A model generated the notes under the pieces. It was not told where the DNA came from. It searched no databases and worked only from the letters and a program-made list of their open reading frames with translations. This document shows, piece after piece, positions 1 through 6,604 of a stretch of 31,002 bases of DNA. The stretch is from Planctomycetota bacterium (lineage in GTDB: Bacteria > Planctomycetota > GCA-002687715 > DRQF01). The translations under genes were made by a program, and so were the position numbers. The stretch lies in the NCBI GenBank assembly GCA_027001995.1, contig JALTLO010000188.1:1-31002 (forward strand), in the 5' to 3' direction. The stretch's first letter is position 1; every line of letters starts with the position of its first letter.

Positions 1-240
1 ATCGCGATTGATGGGATGCACTGCGAGGCTTGCAAAGTTTCCGTCAAACGTGAGCTATTGAAAGTAGAAGGCATCGCAAGCGTCGTTGTCGACTATGATT
101 CAGGAGTTGCGACAGTTGGTGTGACTTCTGGAGACATGCCAAGTGACGAAGACCTTGTCGCCGCGATCGAACGGGCGGGGTACGAGACCAAGAAAATTCT
201 GCATCCTGATCCACAGGATAGCAATTTGTCTGAGAAGTGA
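1..240 (+). CDS. HMA-domain (MerP/CopZ-like) protein, 5'-truncated by window edge
   Basis: Frame open from base 1: IAIDGMHCEACKVSVKRELLKVEGIASVVVD...LVAAIERAGY, giving the GMxCxxC metal-binding motif and C-terminal GY of HMA domains; stop TGA 238-240. Upstream domains not visible. Confidence 0.88.
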   Translation: MAIDGMHCEACKVSVKRELLKVEGIASVVVDYDSGVATVGVTSGDMPSDEDLVAAIERAGYETKKILHPDPQDSNLSEK

Positions 241-265
241 GACATTGGATCTCAAGGAGTCAAAC

Positions 266-1063
266 ATGAAATTAGATGTAGCCCTGCTGCCAATGCTGTT
301 GGCAGTCGCGTTTTCGTTCTCGCTGATTAGTTGCGGGGAGAGTGGTCCGAGTGCACAAGACAATACGCCCGATTCAACAGAGAGCAGGACCGATGAACTG
401 CAAAGATCGAATGATCCTTCCTCTGCGAAGGCCGAAATAACTTTTCATGTCGACGGTTTGATGAAAACAGAATCTGGCGCGACATGACAGGCCTGACCGA
501 ATAAGGTCGACGAGTCCCTGGAAGGGATTCACAAATCAATTGAAATTTCTTGGAACTACGATACGGACCAGATCACGATTCTATTTGATTTTGATGCTGT
601 CCAATCGTCTGCCCTCAAGAAGCGAATCGAAGATCTCGGCTACAAGGTTGCATTAGCCGAGAAAACTGAAGTTGTCGCATCTTCAACAACGAATGTCTCA
701 CTCGCTGAGTCCATTCCAGAGGAGTTGAAAGCCGCTCTACAACGTTCCCAAGATGGTAGTCTCATTGTCGTCGATTTCTGGGCGACCTGGTGCGTTCCTT
801 GTGTCAAACTCAAGAAAACGACGCTTGTTGATCCGACCGTGAAGCAACTATTGCAAGAGGTCGAGTTGGTGTTTGTCGATCTTGATAAGCATCCAGAGCT
901 CGGCAAACTGTGGGGCGTCCATACAGTGCCAGACGTGCTATTCATCAATGCCGATGGCCGCGTCTTTGATCGTCTCAAGAAGTATGAGGATGCGGCACCT
1001 TTCACCAACCGTTTGAAGGCCGCAATCAATGCCGCCAAATCCGAAGACGCGAAAAGAAGATGA
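266..1063 (+). CDS. Putative selenoprotein: lipoprotein signal + HMA domain with UxxU (2 Sec) + thioredoxin domain (WCVPC), 265 aa
   Basis: RBS AAGGAG 254-259, ATG 266, signal peptide ending in lipobox LISC. In-frame TGA at 485-487 and 494-496 (T-U-Q-A-U-P), then the frame continues without stops as NKVDESLEGIHKSIEISWNYDTDQITILFDFDAVQSSALKKRIEDLGYKV (HMA fold pattern) into the Trx ORF 725..1063 (VVDFWATWCVPC, TVP). Confidence 0.85.
497..530 (+). promoter_or_regulatory. Candidate bacterial SECIS element
   Basis: GAGTCCCT (512-519) / GGA loop / AGGGATTC (523-530): 8-bp stem with one G-U and a G-starting apical loop, 23 nt after the second UGA and 32 nt after the first. Confidence 0.65.
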
Positions 1064-1158
1064 TTTTCAGATGGAAGGAAAGCGAAAATGGTCTTCGGTG
1101 GACAGGCCAAATCTGCACAAGGACGAAGGATACAGGAGATTTCTGCCGGTGCTCTGCC

Positions 1159-1324
1159 GCCATCATTTTGCCGAGCAGTACAGATGATGTCATAGGTGGC
1201 AAGCAGCTTCTTGGTCACTGCTTTCGTTTTCCAAGCAAGAGTGACCGGCTGCTGGGCAGCGCCAATAGCTGCGGCCCTTCTTAATCACTGAGTAGACGGA
1301 CTTCGTGCTTCGGTGTCGTGGCAT
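1159..1324 (-). pseudogene. Frameshifted N-terminal remnant of a tyrosine integrase paralogous to 9907..11127
   Basis: ATG 1324 gives MPRHRSTKSVYSVIKKGRSYW (integrase: MSKTRRTGVYAVTKKGRRYW). After a frameshift QPVTLAWKTKAVTKKLLATYDI aligns with integrase DPYTNRWFTQSVSKKMLKTLEL. Confidence 0.75.
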
Positions 1325-1506
1325 AGCTAATGGCCTTCATCGTCAGTGTGATTAGAAGTCGATGCAATGCCGGATTGCGATTCTTGCAAAGTCCATGGCA
1401 TGAGCCGGGGCTGTGAGGTGGTCCCGACGGTGAGTACGAGAAGCCGGGGAGGGGAGGAGGTCAATCAATCAACCTGTCGGCACGGGACGGTTACCTTTCA
1501 TCAAGC

Positions 1507-1534
1507 AAAAAGGCCCGCTATTGGCAGGCCTTTT
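1507..1534. terminator. Intrinsic terminator (possibly bidirectional), ends the minus-strand cargo operon
   Basis: AAAAAGGCC-CGCTATTGGCA-GGCCTTTT inverted repeat with T-runs on both strands, 30 bp past the stop of the 1564..2967 gene. Confidence 0.65.
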
Positions 1535-1563
1535 CCCTTGCCACCTTCATTTGAAGATTCTGG

Positions 1564-2967
1564 CTATGGTTTCGCGTAGCGAATGTAGATCACATAGCTA
1601 TCTGAAGGGTAGGTTTCGCCTGGCAGATAGGTGTAGAGACTGGCGTATTTTCCATCTTGATATGGCTTGGGAGCAGTTTGGTCTCCGATTTGAGGCAGTT
1701 TCACTTCGATCAAGTTGTTCGTCGTCAGCGTCACGTTGCAAACATGCATTACATCATCAACAAGGACTTTTGCCGTCGTGTTGTCCAGAAATCCACATCC
1801 CAAGAACTGAACTTTAGTGTTCTGATTGTATGCGAACTTACCTTGCCGATCTTCGAAGACCGATGCTCTTCCGCCTTGCTTGACGATGAGCGGGCTGCTG
1901 CTTCTTTCTGAGGTGGTATGATTGTGGAGCAGAAGCCTCTCACCATTGACGAAAGTGACGCCTTGGTTTGCGCCGACAACTATCTTCCCGGCAATCGGAA
2001 TTGTGTAGGCCGTAGAAATCGGCACCCAAACTCCGGGGCTTTCTTCACGTCGCAACGAAAACTCATCTCCAACATGGCCATAAACCATTAATTCGCGGAG
2101 GCCGGCAATCGGAGCACGAGTAGAAGACAGCGCGGTGTAATGCGGATCCGCATCTCCACCAGCATCTTTGATGACAACTGTGCCATTGTCATTGTCCAGT
2201 CCGACATTAATCAAGAGACCGTACTTGCCTCGCTCAACTAGCGCTGCATATGCAAATTCGCTGGAACTCCTGAACTCACCGAAGAGCGGAATCTTTGGCG
2301 CAATTGGGTCATTGGGTGAAATCGTCATGGACCATGACGTGTCCTGGGTCTCAAAGACGCCGTCACTGTTTGTGTCTTGGTAGCGCAAGAAAGTCATCGT
2401 TTGCAACTCAAACACATAGAGATAACCAGCAACGATGCCTGCTCGGCAAAATGTCTTTCCGGAGATTGGTCCGAGAATAATCGTTGGTGCGACATTGGGA
2501 AGCTGGGCTTTCCCGTCGAAGGCGACGCTCTTGATCACCGAAGAGTTTGCGGTGTCGTACCCACAAACAAGGAGTTTGTTTGTGGCACCTTGTCCGTCGT
2601 TTGACGTCCCAACCCAAATCACTCGGGCAAGACCTGTGTCATATCCGGTCGTTGACGTTGCCTTGGTAGACGTTTCATTGCGATGAGAATGTAGGATTCC
2701 AGATGTTGCTTTGCTGAAGACAAGAACGCGCCCATCATCACCGTTCCCGGTTTCTGAAGGTGGCGGCATGATTGGAACGAATGCGCGTTCGTCTTCGCCA
2801 AAAGTCCCAGGAAAGCCCTGCAACACGAATGCTCGTTTTTGCGCAAAACTCGGCCAGTTCGACAGGTTGTACCAGCCTGGTTCAGATACGTGCTGCGCAA
2901 CCGCTGTTGAATTGATGCAGAAAACAGCGATTAGAAAACCAACGATTTTGTAGGTGGTGTTTTTCAT
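1564..2967 (-). CDS. Secreted beta-rich hypothetical protein with possible C-terminal IPT/TIG-like domain (467 aa)
   Basis: Start reassigned to ATG 2967 (MKNTTYKIVGFLIAVFCINSTAVA-Q signal peptide). Contains DTNSDG (Ca-binding-like); C-terminal VQFLGCGF...KVLVDD...LTTNNLIEVKLP resembles IPT/TIG. Confidence 0.7.
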   Translation of the reverse strand: MKNTTYKIVGFLIAVFCINSTAVAQHVSEPGWYNLSNWPSFAQKRAFVLQGFPGTFGEDERAFVPIMPPPSETGNGDDGRVLVFSKATSGILHSHRNETSTKATSTTGYDTGLARVIWVGTSNDGQGATNKLLVCGYDTANSSVIKSVAFDGKAQLPNVAPTIILGPISGKTFCRAGIVAGYLYVFELQTMTFLRYQDTNSDGVFETQDTSWSMTISPNDPIAPKIPLFGEFRSSSEFAYAALVERGKYGLLINVGLDNDNGTVVIKDAGGDADPHYTALSSTRAPIAGLRELMVYGHVGDEFSLRREESPGVWVPISTAYTIPIAGKIVVGANQGVTFVNGERLLLHNHTTSERSSSPLIVKQGGRASVFEDRQGKFAYNQNTKVQFLGCGFLDNTTAKVLVDDVMHVCNVTLTTNNLIEVKLPQIGDQTAPKPYQDGKYASLYTYLPGETYPSDSYVIYIRYAKP

Positions 2968-2996
2968 GTGATTGACTCTTTGATTTGCTGTTCCCA

Positions 2997-3908
2997 TCAA
3001 TTGCACCCGAAGAGGATGCCGCATGCCACGAAGTCGTTTCTCGTCCGCTCGAACCCTTCCCAAGCCAGATTTGTAAGGCCGGACTGCATTCCATTCTTCA
3101 TCGTCCCACTAAATCCAGGATAGTTTGTGGTGCCTGAGGGATTTCCGTTCAGAGCAGCTCTTGCATCTGAAAGTGAACGACTTGATCCGTCGATCATGCC
3201 CGCATATCCATCGATTGCTAAGATTCTCTGCTTGTAGAACGCACAGGCATCCTTACGGAGAGATGAAGTTGGACTCAGTCCGCCAAAAATGTGAATCCAT
3301 GTCTTCTTCTCGGCTTCAAATGCATTCACTTCATCCAAAAGGCCCAGAAAACCCTTTTCGGCTTTCATATATCGCCATTGAGCACGGTACTTATCTTCCC
3401 AGCTATCAATGGTCGCTTGGTCAGGGCATATGTGAATGGGGCACTTTCCAAGAATCCTCTTCCAGTGAGCTCCTTCGTGCGCAAGTATTGCGGCATATTC
3501 CCAATAGGCATTGAACTCGCAGAAGTAGCGCTTGTTATAGCTGATGTCGCCAGTTGTGGAACTGTGAGCCGTACCGTGCGGATCAACCCAAATGTTGTCC
3601 GGGTCACAAGGATCGGCCACCGCTGGAAACAGCACAACTTGGGCCTCTACCCAGTAAACTGGGAGGGGCGGCTCAGGGATCGGTCCATAGACTTGCGGCG
3701 CATCGAACGGAATCACCCAGACTTTTGAAAGCGAGAAACGAGACAGGAAGTGCTGAAGTTTTTGTGCTCTCTCTGCGGGTGTCAAATTAGGAAATGCCTC
3801 AGCTAATGACAGTGCCTTAGGCGGCTTTGGACCGGTTTGTGCAGTTGAATGATGTGCGGTGAACACTGAAATGAGACACATCACAAGCACATTTAGAGTG
3901 ATCTTCAC
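2997..3908 (-). CDS. Secreted zincin-like protein (HEXXH)
   Basis: GTG start with GGAGA RBS; signal peptide; AILAHEGAHW motif with downstream DEVNAF glutamate; several Cys. Confidence 0.72.
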   Translation of the reverse strand: MKITLNVLVMCLISVFTAHHSTAQTGPKPPKALSLAEAFPNLTPAERAQKLQHFLSRFSLSKVWVIPFDAPQVYGPIPEPPLPVYWVEAQVVLFPAVADPCDPDNIWVDPHGTAHSSTTGDISYNKRYFCEFNAYWEYAAILAHEGAHWKRILGKCPIHICPDQATIDSWEDKYRAQWRYMKAEKGFLGLLDEVNAFEAEKKTWIHIFGGLSPTSSLRKDACAFYKQRILAIDGYAGMIDGSSRSLSDARAALNGNPSGTTNYPGFSGTMKNGMQSGLTNLAWEGFERTRNDFVACGILFGCN

Positions 3909-4388
3909 GTCGAATTCTCCCTTTCCAAATTCAACTAGTCCTGATCGATGCTCACCGGGACTAACGGTGGTAAACTGATTTTGATTAGCGCTGAATGTCC
4001 AAAATCATTCACTTGTGCGAAACAAGCTTGATTCAGGGATCTTAGGACTTGGCGAGTCGACTGCAATTGAATTCCATTTTTCTATTGCAAAGCGATGAAG
4101 GCCCGAGAGCGGGCCCAGCGAGGTGATCTGCTCACATGCACTCCGCATTCCTGTTTGATTCCGCACGGATACCAGTGATCTTCGTCGAAGTTTTTCATCC
4201 GCCGCTATTGACGTTGCACTTCCAGATCGTTGGCTTGAGGCATTCTTTCGTGGTTCCTTTCGTTGGCGGTTGATGTGCCTCATGCCAAAAGGTGTGGTCC
4301 CAAGTGATCAGCGTCAAGGGCATGGTGCAGGCAGGACTATTGCGCCAACACGGGCCCTTTCGCTGCAAGCGACCATGGCAGGATTAGG

Positions 4389-4613
4389 TCACGATCTCAA
4401 CCCGCCACTGATGACAGGAGGAATCGGCGTAGACCATCGCACCTTGACCGAGACCGCAAAATTGTGCGTCGATAAGGAATGACTGATGAGCCAGATAGCA
4501 TCGTCCAGAGTCTTCTTCGCTAGAGGCGAAGTGAGAATGGCGAATTCCAGCAAGAATCCCGATTTGCGCTTCAGCCGACAAACGAGCGTTTGTCTTCCTT
4601 GGATCATCTCCAA
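4389..4613 (-). CDS. Small hypothetical protein
   Basis: Abuts the stop of the upstream small gene, same strand as neighbours; start uncertain. Confidence 0.4.
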   Translation of the reverse strand: MEMIQGRQTLVCRLKRKSGFLLEFAILTSPLAKKTLDDAIWLISHSLSTHNFAVSVKVRWSTPIPPVISGGLRS

Positions 4614-4814
4614 TCACGGGATTTGGTCATGAGTGTTCATCGCCTCAACGACGATGTCTTTGAGGGAGACGTTTCTTGACCTCAATCGCCGATGAAACTT
4701 CTTGAAAGCTGGCAAGATCTCTTTCATGTAGTGGATTGAGGCAGTAATGCGGTCCCATAGCACTGCATGCTCAACTTCGGTCAACGAGCGCCGAATTCTG
4801 GGTAATGTCTTCAT
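4614..4814 (-). CDS. Small hypothetical protein (66 aa)
   Basis: Strong AGGAGG RBS upstream of ATG; helical-looking sequence. Confidence 0.6.
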   Translation of the reverse strand: MKTLPRIRRSLTEVEHAVLWDRITASIHYMKEILPAFKKFHRRLRSRNVSLKDIVVEAMNTHDQIP

Positions 4815-4990
4815 GTGTGCATGCCTCCTTTTGCTTGTGTGGCAAGTGACGCCGGGCGGGTCATCTGTCTACGAGTAGCTCCGGTGTCGATTGACTTGTT
4901 CTTTTTTCGATCGTTCGCCTTGACGCATTGCGCCCTTGTATTGCTCGGGTGGACAGAATGACCACGCCGATGTTGGGGGCATGGTCGACC

Positions 4991-5473
4991 TTATTCAAAA
5001 AGAAGCGGATCTGCCCCGTAACCCATCGGGCGGCCCTTGGTCCCGTCCAAGGCGTATCCGGCACGATAAGCCATCTCTTTCCTGAAGTCCTCAGTTCCGG
5101 CAACTGGCAGCTTTTCATGTAGGGCGGCGGCGATCGTCTGTGCTGTCGTCGCATAGATGGACCAGTTGGCCGCTTCACGCCAGGCTTCAGGTGAGTTGGC
5201 GCAAATAATCAACGCAACCAGAAACGCTGGTTCTAAGGCCTCTGGATGATCATGGATGGGAACTTCGAGGTGCTTGCACCGTTGCTCAGAGATGGCGACA
5301 CGAAGCCTGCCAACCTTGAGGCCCTTCAGGAGGTCTCTGAGGCGGTCAGACCAGTCATCTTGGTCGAAGGCATCCTGCTCGGCCCATTGCCACAGAAGCG
5401 TGCGGCTCCGATCGTAGAGGAGATCGAAGTTGTGGATCTGGATTGTATGTATTGGCGTCTTCGTGTCAGACAT
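4991..5473 (-). CDS. Hypothetical protein
   Basis: GGAGG RBS before ATG 5473 (MSDTKTP...); co-oriented with the element's genes. Confidence 0.65.
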   Translation of the reverse strand: MSDTKTPIHTIQIHNFDLLYDRSRTLLWQWAEQDAFDQDDWSDRLRDLLKGLKVGRLRVAISEQRCKHLEVPIHDHPEALEPAFLVALIICANSPEAWREAANWSIYATTAQTIAAALHEKLPVAGTEDFRKEMAYRAGYALDGTKGRPMGYGADPLLFE

Positions 5474-5500
5474 TCTTGCCTCCATAATTGGCGACTGTAC

Positions 5501-6127
5501 TCATGCGACTGCCTCCCTGTGTTGACGAAACTCGGCTAAGGGTTCGGGGATCGCTTTGATCGCAACGATCCGCGCCGCGATCTTCTCTTCGAGCTTCTTA
5601 GCCCGTTCAGAGTCTTCATGACGCCATGCCTCGACCTGCTCCTGCGCCGAAGCCATGTAGAAGTCTGTCAGGTTGTTCGGGCGGCTGCCATCATCCAACG
5701 ACCAGTAGGTGCGCCACATGTTGGGATCGTCGATGAGCTGGGAGAGGGCGGCGATGAAAAGAGGAGAGGCCGAATGCCAATCGACAGGGGGGGCTATTGG
5801 CAGACGATCCTCTCCTCTTCGGGACAAAATACAAAGTGCGTTCGCCCTTATGTGGAAGATCAGTCGTTGAAGAGGGTCATTCGTTTGCGCACGCAAGTCA
5901 CCAACTAAGATGCCATCGGCACAAATTCCGCAGTACTCGCTCGGCCGTAGGAAACCACGGGCCGCAGCCACAGGGTCACGGCCTTCCATCCGAGTCAGGA
6001 TATCTGCCTCGGACAATCCTTCAGCGCGACCCTTAATGACCATGCGGCCCACCTCTTCATGGTCCAGCGGCGAAATTCGCTCGAAGAGTTTGCTCTCCAG
6101 CTTGTCTATTCGGTCACAGAGGTTCAT
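5501..6127 (-). CDS. Hypothetical protein (208 aa)
   Basis: Overlaps upstream gene end; N-terminal RIDKLE coiled-coil-like motif; one CxxC (CGIC). Confidence 0.65.
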   Translation of the reverse strand: MNLCDRIDKLESKLFERISPLDHEEVGRMVIKGRAEGLSEADILTRMEGRDPVAAARGFLRPSEYCGICADGILVGDLRAQTNDPLQRLIFHIRANALCILSRRGEDRLPIAPPVDWHSASPLFIAALSQLIDDPNMWRTYWSLDDGSRPNNLTDFYMASAQEQVEAWRHEDSERAKKLEEKIAARIVAIKAIPEPLAEFRQHREAVA

Positions 6128-6503
6128 TTGTCTTCTCCAGCGCCGTTTCTAATCGCGCCACGCGCTCTTCGAGTTCGCAATCGAGGATCAGGTCTCGGAG
6201 ATGCTTTGCGAGCGTTCCGAGGGCAAGCGCCTTCCTAGGTTCTATCTTGTCCTTCCAGAGACCGTGGACAGCAGCTTCGACGAGACGGGAGAGCGCTCTA
6301 ATGCTCGTCAGCTCATCGGGAATGTCTTTGAGCAAGATGGCCCCCTGAGTAACTTGTCGCATTCTTCCACCACGCCGAGAGGCAGCCTTGCGCTCTGCTT
6401 CAAGTTCAGGATCATGCCAGCGACAAAATCCGCTGCCACTTATTGCTGGAGTCTTACAGGGCCCATTCTTTGTTCGGCCTCGACATTTTCTTCCTACCAC
6501 CAC
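6114..6503 (-). CDS. CCCH zinc-finger protein (DUF5763/HGGxSTG-like) of phage/satellite type
   Basis: CRGRTKNGPCKTPAISGSGFCRWH motif, then basic SRRGG and C-terminal LEERVARLE; GGAG RBS. Confidence 0.65.
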   Translation of the reverse strand: MVVGRKCRGRTKNGPCKTPAISGSGFCRWHDPELEAERKAASRRGGRMRQVTQGAILLKDIPDELTSIRALSRLVEAAVHGLWKDKIEPRKALALGTLAKHLRDLILDCELEERVARLETALEKTNEPL

Positions 6504-6604
6504 GACTACAAACTCCGGTCAAGACGACGATTAGGATCTGGAAGTAGGATCCAGCTTTCTACTTCAAGTGTAGGGCCGAATGCGGGAGATGCGAGCGCTC
6601 TAAC

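Noticed and set aside
143..487. ORF 143..487 and ORF 725..1063 as two separate genes, or as a pseudogene
   Set aside because: RBS and lipobox point to ATG 266; the stops fall exactly on CxxC positions with an intact frame and a SECIS-like hairpin after them.
485..496. Genome-wide UGA reassignment (Trp/Gly)
   Set aside because: TGA terminates many clear genes here (moaC, asd, accB, dnaA), and Trp is encoded by TGG.
640..1218. 192-aa minus-strand ORF
   Set aside because: Mostly antisense shadow of the thioredoxin domain; only its first ~20 codons belong to the integrase remnant.
1400..1470. Possible att duplication of the tRNA-Val 3' end
   Set aside because: Only a 7-nt match (TCCCCGG) and a vague tRNA-end-like CCGTCGGGACCA; not distinguishable from chance.
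1475..1497. TGTCGG-N11-TACCTT resembling the PafBC promoter motif
   Set aside because: Spacing is one base longer than the mycobacterial TGTCGG-N10-TA-N3-T and no plus-strand gene follows.
3976..4283. TGATTTTG/CAAAATCA inverted repeat and 92-aa ORF 4005..4283
   Set aside because: ORF has no recognisable features; the 8-bp AT-rich repeat alone is too weak to assign.
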